64,000 nucleotides of DNA from a virus. Under the pieces are notes generated by a model. The model did no database searches. It was not told where the DNA came from and saw nothing but the letters and a program-made list of their open reading frames with translations. Position 1 is the first letter of the stretch; each line of letters begins with the position of its first letter. Made by a program: the position numbers and the translations under genes. Where the stretch lies: positions 1-64,000 of the IMG/VR virus record IMGVR_UViG_3300037041_001083; one strand, given 5' to 3'. Shown here piece after piece: positions 9,304 to 16,974 of this stretch.

Positions 9304-9554
9304 TTTTTGTCATCGTTGTGAATGGGTTGCTACTTTTGATGCTTGCTTACGAAATATCCAAGCTCAAGAAAGCACTAAAACTTGAAATCAAAAATCGCAT
9401 ATATAATGTGAATCTCTTAAAAAATATGTTGTGGCAATTAAAGGGCGCAATGATGAGCCACGAGGACAAAATTTCGTTTTGCGTGGACTCGGTTACGATT
9501 CTTCTGGCCGAAACTCAACCGAAGGAACCTGTGAGCGAGGATCCTGTGGAGTGA
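9291..9554 (+). CDS. Small membrane protein
   Basis: N-terminal hydrophobic helix; AGGGAG RBS; fills the gap between minus-strand genes. Confidence 0.55.
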   Translation: MNLPIFVIVVNGLLLLMLAYEISKLKKALKLEIKNRIYNVNLLKNMLWQLKGAMMSHEDKISFCVDSVTILLAETQPKEPVSEDPVE

Positions 9555-9555
9555 A

Positions 9556-10341
9556 CTAATCTTCCTTTTCCTGCTGGTCACCGAAGCCTGTAGTTGTTTC
9601 AAAATGTTCGATAACTTGTATTACAGCCTCTTCATTAGTACACCCTGAATTTACCAATCTTAGCTGCCCAATTATTTTCCTGAACTTCTCTCTTTGTAAT
9701 TCACTGAAAAATAATGTTACTGGCGTTGCGGTTGGATGATTATTTTCAACATCTATATCGCCAAGGTCATAAGCACCATTATTTTCTTCTGGTGCATCCA
9801 TAACTAGCAAATCATGTAAACTATTATCCTGCTCCTCAAACCATTTGTCGCCTGATGAGTAAATTGAATCCAAGATTGAATGGATATCAGTATCAGACGT
9901 GGCCCCCTTGATCTGGTTACTCTCAAGAGTTAAAAACTTAGCTAATGATTCAGCCATTGGTGGCAAAATAACCACCGGGATTCTCTGATAGCCAATTTCC
10001 TTGGAACAAATGAAGCGGTGGAACCCGTCAATAATGGTAAACTTCATGTCTGGATTAGAAATAAGCTCGTCAATATAATCAAGTGGGTGGATTTTCCCTT
10101 CCTCAAATGGAACCATATCTGGATCAGGTCGCACTAAAATAGGTATAGTAAAACCAATGTTGGGATTGCTCATGTTGGCTTTCAATGCCGCCATGTATTG
10201 CGATCCCATTTTGTTTTTATTATAAGAGTTAGGAATAATCCTGTTTATATCCAGCAACAACGATTTCCTTAAATCTACAATCTTCTGTAAGGAACTGCTG
10301 TCGATTTTTGCCACATCTGTTTTTGCGGTTTTTCTTGCCAT
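9556..10341 (-). CDS. ParB/Srx-like domain protein
   Basis: IIPNSYNKN, GFTIPILVR, IIDGFHR, IPVVIL. Confidence 0.9.
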   Translation of the reverse strand: MARKTAKTDVAKIDSSSLQKIVDLRKSLLLDINRIIPNSYNKNKMGSQYMAALKANMSNPNIGFTIPILVRPDPDMVPFEEGKIHPLDYIDELISNPDMKFTIIDGFHRFICSKEIGYQRIPVVILPPMAESLAKFLTLESNQIKGATSDTDIHSILDSIYSSGDKWFEEQDNSLHDLLVMDAPEENNGAYDLGDIDVENNHPTATPVTLFFSELQREKFRKIIGQLRLVNSGCTNEEAVIQVIEHFETTTGFGDQQEKED

Positions 10342-10376
10342 CTAAATATCCTCGTCCTAGGTTAAAATTTTTGCTA

Positions 10377-11512
10377 TTGACTTTTTACGTTATATCACAT
10401 AACTGATTCCTTGCCGTTTCTTCTTCGATCGAAGCTTGCGGTAAAACGCAAGGAAGGACAAACGGCATGATTACCTACCGCTATCGTATCAAAGATTCAA
10501 CAGACATAAAATTCCTCAAATCAATCGCTGGAAAAGTAAACCATGCTTGGAATACTACACAACATATTCGTTTAGAAAATTTGGAAAACAACAAAAAGCT
10601 TCTTACACGGTTTCAGCTTCAAAAGATTGTTTATGTTGATGGATTGCATAGTCAAGTAACTCAAGTTGTTATTCAGCAGTATGTTCAAAAATGTGTCCAA
10701 TTCAAGAAAGCAAAACTTCGATGGCGCACAGGCAAGCGTAACCTTGGGTGGATACCTTGCACCAATCAGAATGTGAAGTTTGATAAGTACACTGGTGATT
10801 TTAAGTTCATGAAACGCAAATTTCGCATATGGTACTCACGTCCTATTAGCGGTAAAATCATGACAGCTTCAATGAACGAGGACTCCAGAGGTCGTTGGTA
10901 TATCAATATCGTTTGTGAAACCACTGTAACCAAGCCTCACGGTGAACGTGAAATAGGTATCGACTTAGGTTGTAAAGACCAGATTGTTTGCTCCGATGAA
11001 GTTAAATACTCACGGGAAAACCTGACTAAGGAATTTGCACCAAAGCTTGCAATGGCGCAGCGAGCCAAGAAAAAGAAGTTGGTTAAAACGATACATGCCA
11101 AGATTAAAAACAAGAGATTAGATTGGAACCACAAAACAACTACTGAAATATGCAGGACAAGTAAACTTGTAGTTGTTGGGGATATAGGTTCAAAAGGATT
11201 ATGCAAAACAAGAATGGCGAAGTCGTTATACGATGCAAGCCATGCTCAAATAAAAACTATGCTGTCATACAAAGGCATTAGCCACGGCGTAGTTGTGAAA
11301 ATAGTTTCTGAGAAGTTCTCTACTGTTACATGTTCATCTTGTTATAAAAGAACAGGGCCGAGCGGAATTAAACAGCTAGGGGTTAGACAGTGGAGTTGTT
11401 CAGAATGTGGTGCAAACCATGACCGAGATGTTAATGCAGCTCGAAACATACTACTGTCGGCTAAGGATATTTAGCTCCAATTAAGGGAATCTCCACGAGG
11501 AGAGGATGTCAA
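10377..11512 (+). mobile_element. IS200/IS605-family element carrying tnpB only (IS1341-like)
   Basis: tnpB with a typical right end GGAATCTCC-ACGA-GGAGAGGATGTCAA (to 11512); putative left TAM TTGAC at 10377-10381; no tnpA; opposite strand to its neighbours. Confidence 0.75.
10467..11474 (+). CDS. tnpB: RNA-guided endonuclease TnpB
   Basis: TYRYRI N-terminus, RuvC-I IGIDLG, Zn finger CSSC...CSECG, RuvC-III HDRDVNAARNI. Confidence 0.95.
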   Translation: MITYRYRIKDSTDIKFLKSIAGKVNHAWNTTQHIRLENLENNKKLLTRFQLQKIVYVDGLHSQVTQVVIQQYVQKCVQFKKAKLRWRTGKRNLGWIPCTNQNVKFDKYTGDFKFMKRKFRIWYSRPISGKIMTASMNEDSRGRWYINIVCETTVTKPHGEREIGIDLGCKDQIVCSDEVKYSRENLTKEFAPKLAMAQRAKKKKLVKTIHAKIKNKRLDWNHKTTTEICRTSKLVVVGDIGSKGLCKTRMAKSLYDASHAQIKTMLSYKGISHGVVVKIVSEKFSTVTCSSCYKRTGPSGIKQLGVRQWSCSECGANHDRDVNAARNILLSAKDI

Positions 11513-11532
11513 GCATCAAGGGTATTGTACGA
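11380..11532 (+). ncRNA. Putative omegaRNA (reRNA) plus guide
   Basis: TnpB RNAs overlap the gene 3' end and right end; the guide would begin at 11513 (GCATCAAGGGTATTGTAC); 5' boundary is a guess. Confidence 0.55.
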
Positions 11533-11561
11533 AAAAACCCCCAAGAAGTTGTCTTGGAGGT
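11532..11561 (-). terminator. Rho-independent terminator
   Basis: CCAAGA-loop-TCTTGG stem followed by T6 on the minus strand. Confidence 0.6.
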
Positions 11562-11600
11562 GCGTAGCTGTTTCGCTTCTTTTGGAGTGTTAGCGAAAGC

Positions 11601-11888
11601 TTATGCTTTTTTCTTAACTGCTGCAATCCCTCTGCGAGCACCAGCACCCGATTTAACGGATACTTTGTTTGCTTTTGGAAAGCGGCCAGTGCCTACGGAT
11701 TTTGGAGTCTCGTAGCCTTCCATTTTTTTCTTACCAGCAGCAATCTTTGCTCTGCGCTTAGATTGAATAGCTTCGTGGATGCCAGCTACTTTAAATTTGC
11801 CCTTGTATCCCTCAAGTCTCTTGCCAGTTACAGTTGAACGCAATACGGATTTAGTACCTTTTGCGGTCTGTTCTCCCGGATTAGCCAT
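11601..11888 (-). CDS. Small Lys/Arg/Gly-rich protein
   Basis: 95 aa, very basic, 3 nt downstream of the radical SAM gene, GAGG RBS. Confidence 0.75.
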   Translation of the reverse strand: MANPGEQTAKGTKSVLRSTVTGKRLEGYKGKFKVAGIHEAIQSKRRAKIAAGKKKMEGYETPKSVGTGRFPKANKVSVKSGAGARRGIAAVKKKA

Positions 11889-11891
11889 AAC

Positions 11892-13376
11892 TTATTCCTC
11901 CTCATCCCAGTTAATACCAATAAACTCATGGTCATCAACAGCGACGTATCCATGAGAACGATGCTTAGGGTCAGCGGTAAAGCAGTAAACTAAGTCGCCT
12001 TCTGCTTCATCAAGTACAGGCTCCAACTCGCCGTTTTTGCCCGATGCTTCCAATAGCATCTTTACTTCAGGATAATAGTTTATGAAGTTGTTGTAAAGGT
12101 GAGGATTATTATACAGGAAGCGAACTACGTTACGGATACTGTTTTCTTTTCCAAGCGTATCACGAACATTTTTGAAAGTGTCATTTGAATACCACAGCAC
12201 TCCGGCAAATTCTGAGATGCTTACAACCGATGTCCAAATGTCGCTGGCGAAGTCTTTGTAAAAATTATCTACGTCCTCCCATGTTACCATGTACATGCCT
12301 TGATTTTCTTTCCACATTCCATACATAAACTCTGCGAACCAATGAGCATCAATCGGCCAAGTTGGGATACGAGCACCATTTCCACCATAATAGTCGTCTG
12401 GAAGCTTTGTTTGATGATATAACTTGATCCCATTAGCATCAGCCAATTTTTGCATTATCATGCAGTCTTCGTAAAATTCAGCCCATTGATTACAGCGATC
12501 CTTGTAACCTGCGATACCACCCTTTAATTCCTGTTTCTGCTTTGGTGTGAAGTGCAAGTTGTCGGTATAAACACCTGTACAGCCAATTTCCTTTGCCGTT
12601 TTGAAATAGGTTTTAAGGTCAGGTTGCCATTCTGCAACATAAGGATTCATCGCCATAGTGACTTTTACACCAGCCTTGGTTAGCTCCTGTATTCGCCTGA
12701 TTCTTTCGCTTGGAAGTATTTTGCCACATTCATATTTCTTGGCTGTTTCATCGTTCAGTGTTGATATGCTTATGTACACATTAAATATGTCTTTGCCGTC
12801 GATGATGAGCTGTTTTACTATTTCGTTTGGATAAACCTCTTTCGTTTGGATAAACAACGGCTGCTTGTATTCCAAGCATGTTTTTAGGATGCGTTCGCCC
12901 AGCTTATACTTTGACTCTGATTCAGGCATAAATGGATCGACGTTGTTACTGAACACCATGCCATATCTGTGATGTAAACACAGCTCGATTAAGTTGTGCG
13001 GATTGTATCCGGGACTGTGCGCCTTCTGAATCTTTTTAATCACGGCATCGGTCGGATCGTCGATGCTACCGATCATATCCTTGTTTGCTTTCTTGTTAAG
13101 CGTAGCAAAGCAAAAACCGCATCCTTGCAAGCACATTTTCGTGATGGATAGCTCTAGGGGAAATGGGTGATTGAACAACGTGCCAAACATCTTTAGTGGC
13201 CCTGAGCTGAAAGTTACCTTGGGTGGCTGGTCGCCTTTTTTCGGTTTTACGTCTGGTTGAATTGCGAATGCTTTTTCCTGACAAGCATCCCACTCTGGGG
13301 TTCCGACTTGATCGCCTTTGCACTTCGATGGTCTTGGGATTGGTTTCGCCTTGGATACTGGTTTTTTGACTACCAT
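11892..13376 (-). CDS. Radical SAM protein (spore photoproduct lyase-like)
   Basis: CxxxCxxC (CLQGCGFC), DPFMP.E, IQTK, ISIST, P.ERI..I.EL..AG; start at ATG 13376 after GAGGAG. Confidence 0.88.
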   Translation of the reverse strand: MVVKKPVSKAKPIPRPSKCKGDQVGTPEWDACQEKAFAIQPDVKPKKGDQPPKVTFSSGPLKMFGTLFNHPFPLELSITKMCLQGCGFCFATLNKKANKDMIGSIDDPTDAVIKKIQKAHSPGYNPHNLIELCLHHRYGMVFSNNVDPFMPESESKYKLGERILKTCLEYKQPLFIQTKEVYPNEIVKQLIIDGKDIFNVYISISTLNDETAKKYECGKILPSERIRRIQELTKAGVKVTMAMNPYVAEWQPDLKTYFKTAKEIGCTGVYTDNLHFTPKQKQELKGGIAGYKDRCNQWAEFYEDCMIMQKLADANGIKLYHQTKLPDDYYGGNGARIPTWPIDAHWFAEFMYGMWKENQGMYMVTWEDVDNFYKDFASDIWTSVVSISEFAGVLWYSNDTFKNVRDTLGKENSIRNVVRFLYNNPHLYNNFINYYPEVKMLLEASGKNGELEPVLDEAEGDLVYCFTADPKHRSHGYVAVDDHEFIGINWDEEE

Positions 13377-13408
13377 AAAAACTCCTCGTTCTGGAATAAC
13401 TAACACTA

Positions 13409-13497
13409 AACTCATCCCCACAACTGTAGGGAAATGAAAACTCCTCGTTCTGGAATAACTAACATTGCGGTTCATTCCCACAAATGCAGGAAAGCAT
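13409..13497 (-). CRISPR. Degenerate type I-E-like mini-array (repeat-31 nt spacer-repeat), no cas genes
   Basis: R1 ATGCTTTCCTGCATTTGTGGGAATGAACCG (13497-13468); R2 CATTTCCCTACAGTTGTGGGGATGAGTT (13436-13409); both keep the hairpin with G-U pairs; R1 ends in the I-E handle ATGAACCG. Confidence 0.55.
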
Positions 13498-13558
13498 CCA
13501 GCTCAAATGTTATAACTTATTTTTTTAATTTTTGAATGTCTGTGGTTTTGAGGCTGGT

Positions 13559-13737
13559 TTATTTGTTGCGGTAAAAATGCCGGAAAATTTCAACAGCATC
13601 ATTTGCTCCATACGTTTGCTTGAGGTAGTACAATAAATCATCAAAATTCTTTGTTCTTAGTTTTTTCATTTGTTCGACTAGCTGGCTGAAATTCCATTGA
13701 TGTAGCTATCATAAATTTCGTCAAACTTATCTGACAT
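13559..13737 (-). pseudogene. Small ORF with a single-base frameshift (or assembly error)
   Basis: AAGGA RBS plus MSDKFDEIYDSYING; one added base near 13690 would continue to ...FRHFYRNK*. Confidence 0.4.
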
Positions 13738-13748
13738 GGTTTTTCCTT

Positions 13749-13777
13749 AAAAAAAAGCCAGTTTTTGAGGCTGGCTT
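13749..13777 (-). terminator. Rho-independent terminator
   Basis: AGCCAG...CTGGCT stem plus T8. Confidence 0.6.
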
Positions 13778-13789
13778 GCTATCCGGGAT

Positions 13790-14011
13790 TTACTCCACTG
13801 GCTCAACCACTGGCTCAACCACTGGCTCAAGTTTTTTTATTTCTGACAAAATATCCCTACCGAAATAACATAGCTGGTAATAATCATCCTGATTAAAAAC
13901 AAAATCAGGCTGGCTTGATATTTCTGATAATTCGCTTTTTACAACGTCGCTTATTTTAAAAAGTATGCGCCTTTGCAACTCTACATTTGAACTATTGAAG
14001 CCAATATACAT
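13790..14011 (-). CDS. Small early hypothetical protein
   Basis: AGGAG RBS; C-terminal PVVE repeats. Confidence 0.7.
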   Translation of the reverse strand: MYIGFNSSNVELQRRILFKISDVVKSELSEISSQPDFVFNQDDYYQLCYFGRDILSEIKKLEPVVEPVVEPVE

Positions 14012-14108
14012 AAATACTCCTATTTAAAAAAAATGGTGAGCCAGCTCTAAGCTAACTAGCACTAATAACACTACGATCAAAAATTTTTGAAGTATATCAA
14101 GTTTTGAG

Positions 14109-14384
14109 TCATTCACTAGCTGGTAACCCATCCGCCGGATATCGCTTGCCGCCTATCGTGTAGGCTACGGGCTTGCTGGCTTGCTGGCTTGCCGCTACTG
14201 GCAATACAAGGCTATCAATCAAGCGTACCAGTGCTTTTTGGTTAGGCTTGCTTGCTATCCAATCGAAATAGCTGGCACTGTCGTTTTGAAATAATTTGCA
14301 CAAAATAACTTCCAACAATTCGCTTTTGATACTAACTCGTACAGGTTTTGACTCGGTTTTGGCTTGTGCTATTCGCTCAATCAT
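14109..14384 (-). CDS. Small early hypothetical protein
   Basis: ATGA overlap with the upstream gene. Confidence 0.7.
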   Translation of the reverse strand: MIERIAQAKTESKPVRVSIKSELLEVILCKLFQNDSASYFDWIASKPNQKALVRLIDSLVLPVAASQQASKPVAYTIGGKRYPADGLPASE

Positions 14385-14656
14385 GGGATAGCCTCAATCC
14401 AGCTACAATTTGGTGCAGGCATTATTTCGGACAAATCTTTTGTCCTAGTGATGATATAAGGTGCAATTTCAGCAAGGCTGACATAGCCTAACTCGTTTTC
14501 AAACCCGATAACATAGGCAAATATCATGTCTGTGGTACAGGAATCACCTTTTTTCGGCTTAATGACATAATATTCCCACATATTTTTGAGCATGATATGT
14601 TCAATGACTGTGACGGGTATTTTTGTGAACGGTAAGGTCATTTTTCGACTAGTCAT
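14381..14656 (-). CDS. DUF2958-like protein
   Basis: WEYYV...FAYVIGFENELGYVSLAEI signature. Confidence 0.6.
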   Translation of the reverse strand: MTSRKMTLPFTKIPVTVIEHIMLKNMWEYYVIKPKKGDSCTTDMIFAYVIGFENELGYVSLAEIAPYIITRTKDLSEIMPAPNCSWIEAIP

Positions 14657-14657
14657 T

Positions 14658-14948
14658 TTATTTGTCCTCGACTAGCTGGGTTTCATCCGCTGGGTTTTCA
14701 GGTTGATTCAATGGCGGATTATTCAATGGCGGATTATTTACTGGGTGTACAGCGTCCACTATAGCTTGCATGTCCACTATAGCTTGCTCAGCAGTTTTTC
14801 GGGTGTATGGCTTACCAGTGAAGCTGGATGCTGTGGTGAGCAGGGCTTTAAGGGTGTAGGCTCGATTGGGTAACATACCATTTTTCAAGTACAATTTTAA
14901 GCCTGACTTGATAACCATGAGCTGATACAGCTTGGGATTAATAAACAT
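14658..14948 (-). CDS. Small early hypothetical protein
   Basis: AGGAGG RBS; first gene behind the sigma28-like promoter. Confidence 0.75.
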   Translation of the reverse strand: MFINPKLYQLMVIKSGLKLYLKNGMLPNRAYTLKALLTTASSFTGKPYTRKTAEQAIVDMQAIVDAVHPVNNPPLNNPPLNQPENPADETQLVEDK

Positions 14949-14984
14949 TTTCGTAACCTCCTAATATTGTTGAACATTTGCCGC

Positions 14985-15011
14985 TTATCGGCATTTGTTA
15001 CCCAAACCTTA
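14985..15011 (-). promoter_or_regulatory. Sigma28 (FliA/SigD)-type promoter
   Basis: TAAGGTTT-N11-GCCGATAA versus consensus TAAAGTTT-N11-GCCGATAA, about 36 nt upstream of the ATG. Confidence 0.7.
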
Positions 15012-15155
15012 AGCTTTTTTTTTGATAGTTGCAAGGATTTTTTTGATATTCAAAAATGTTCAATAGTATCATGCATAAGTTTTGTTTTGATTTGTCGTCC
15101 TAACATTTATTTGTCACTTAGGTTGACAGGCTGGTCAAACTAGGTTACAAACCCG

Positions 15156-15743
15156 ATGAACAATAATGAGTCACAATTTTTTGAGGCAATACCAATGGCC
15201 AGACGTAGTAAAATCCAAGCGGGACAACTAAGCATGTTTGACATGGCTGTGGTTGGCTCGAAGGAGCCAGCACCAGCACCAGCACCAGCACCAGCACCAG
15301 CACCAGCACCAGCCAAACCCGAAAAAAATGCAATAATATTGCAGAAAACGGCCAAGCTGTTAAAGTTCCCGATCAAAATTAAAGAGGTTTTCCCTGACGA
15401 TGACGGTAAAAAATGCAAACATTGCGGCTATATTATAGCTCATGATGCAGAACTAAGCTTGTCGTTTGATAACCTCGAAACCATGCAATCAGGCAAATAC
15501 ATGTGTCCTAATTGCTTGGAATTTTGGGAAGACAAGCACATTTTCAGTAATATAGTTACGGCAAATGAAATAGGAATTACGATGAATTTGCCGTGGTATT
15601 TATTGCGTGAAATACTGACAGAATACGACATTCCTGAAGGGTGTAGGTTCGACCTTTATCATGCAATGGTGATAGCTGGCGAGAAGCAAATTAAACAAAT
15701 TGCACCTGACATACACGATATATACTTTGGAGAAGCAGGATGA
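15156..15743 (+). CDS. Zn-finger protein with PA linker and a QLSMF clamp-binding-like motif
   Basis: CKHC...CPNC; (PA)8; likely start at 15195 after GAGG. Confidence 0.65.
   Translation: MNNNESQFFEAIPMARRSKIQAGQLSMFDMAVVGSKEPAPAPAPAPAPAPAPAKPEKNAIILQKTAKLLKFPIKIKEVFPDDDGKKCKHCGYIIAHDAELSLSFDNLETMQSGKYMCPNCLEFWEDKHIFSNIVTANEIGITMNLPWYLLREILTEYDIPEGCRFDLYHAMVIAGEKQIKQIAPDIHDIYFGEAG
15267..15314 (+). repeat. (CCAGCA)n microsatellite, about 8 copies
   Basis: Read directly; encodes PAPAPA. Confidence 0.9.
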
Positions 15744-16009
15744 TTACATTTAAGGTTAATGACGTAAATGCTAACTTTTGGCTGGTTAGAAAGGGCGCAA
15801 AACAAACCGTAGGCAAGCCAGTTAGGGATTTTTCAAAAGAGCATATAGGAGTAACTATTACTGGTAAGCTGCTTTTACCTGAATATATGTATTACTATTT
15901 TGACCATTTGCACCAGAGAAAAACATTTGAAAATTTAGCGAAAGGAACGACACAGTTATGTCACATAAGAGTAAGCGATATGAACGAGATGTTTCAAAAC
16001 GGAATATAG
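15740..16009 (+). CDS. Hypothetical protein with weak resemblance to an HsdS TRD fragment
   Basis: LLPEYMYYYF...LAKGTTQLCHIRVSD. Confidence 0.6.
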   Translation: MITFKVNDVNANFWLVRKGAKQTVGKPVRDFSKEHIGVTITGKLLLPEYMYYYFDHLHQRKTFENLAKGTTQLCHIRVSDMNEMFQNGI

Positions 16010-16134
16010 AGCGTGATGATACCAATTTTTGCTGGAAGTGTAAGAACTGCGATTCGACATTTGTGAAGCTTACGGATCGCTGTAAGGAGTGTCATTCGAG
16101 TAATTTTGTAAGAGTTTATATTGGCGACGAGTAA
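15958..16134 (+). CDS. Small Zn-ribbon protein (58 aa)
   Basis: Read manually: MSHKSKR...WKCKNCDSTF...RCKECHSSNF...; below the ORF track cutoff. Confidence 0.6.
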   Translation: MSHKSKRYERDVSKRNIERDDTNFCWKCKNCDSTFVKLTDRCKECHSSNFVRVYIGDE

Positions 16135-16159
16135 TTTTTTTTTTTTTTGAAAGGAGAAC

Positions 16160-16972
16160 GTGAGTATGAATGAAGTTGTTGAATCCCCAGAGGCGCAGGA
16201 ATCACCGGAAGTTTTGACTGGTAGTGAAGTTGCAATACCAGCAGAGCAATTAGACGAGCATAAGGTAAACGAAATTTTGTTTGCTATGCCATTGCATGAG
16301 CTGGCGAAAAACCGAGCTACGATTGCAGAGTATGCACAAACCAATGAACTGACTTACGAGCAGAAGGAAATACTCGAAGCTTTTGATGCTGCTTTAGCTG
16401 GCAGAGCCGATTTCCTCATCAGGAAAAAAATTGGCATGGAAGCCCAGCTTGCCGCAATGGTTGCATCCTGCGAGCTGGTAGAAGCTGCGATTGAAAAGTT
16501 CGGCGAGTATTTAGAGTTCGCTACCGTGAACGCTGGCGGTTTAATCAAGGGTGACTTTTTCACCGCAGAAATGAAAAAACCCGGTGGTGCTGATCCGCTA
16601 GAAGTCACGGACATATCGCTTGTTCCTGAATTTTACAAAAAACATTCCATCACTGTCAGGGAAACAATATCAGCAGACGACAAGGCTGGCTTGCGTTACT
16701 GGCAAACGATTGTGTTAGGCCACGAGCCACCAGAGGATGAAAAACTGATGTCCAGTGCTGAAATAGCCAAGCTGGATAGTGCAATCAAAACGGAGGTGAT
16801 GAAAGACCCAATCAAGCAGATATTAAAGGCTGGCGGCACTGTAAAAGGTGTTGCGATAGTCGAACGTCCCAAAAAGTTAGTCATCAAAGAGATGAAAAAA
16901 ATTGAGAAAAAAGTGCGAGCAAAAAAAGCAACTGAAGCAATTACACAATCAACCGAACAAGAAGGGGAATAA
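16160..16972 (+). CDS. Siphovirus Gp157-like protein
   Basis: Coiled coil, LEVTDISLVPEFYK, KDPIKQILKAGGTVKGV; next to Bet/RecT; AAAGGAG RBS. Confidence 0.7.
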   Translation: MSMNEVVESPEAQESPEVLTGSEVAIPAEQLDEHKVNEILFAMPLHELAKNRATIAEYAQTNELTYEQKEILEAFDAALAGRADFLIRKKIGMEAQLAAMVASCELVEAAIEKFGEYLEFATVNAGGLIKGDFFTAEMKKPGGADPLEVTDISLVPEFYKKHSITVRETISADDKAGLRYWQTIVLGHEPPEDEKLMSSAEIAKLDSAIKTEVMKDPIKQILKAGGTVKGVAIVERPKKLVIKEMKKIEKKVRAKKATEAITQSTEQEGE

Positions 16973-16974
16973 TT

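Noticed and set aside
13377-13481. N-terminal extension of the radical SAM ORF in the ORF track
   Set aside because: A strong GAGGAG RBS supports ATG 13376; the extension runs through the repeat-like leader
15123-15151. TTGACA-N17-TACAAA promoter for the plus-strand operon
   Set aside because: The -10 box lacks the conserved final T; plausible but not supported enough to call
15140-15418. Minus-strand ORFs with GAGAGA or VLVLVL repeats
   Set aside because: Alternative readings of the CCAGCA microsatellite in the plus-strand gene
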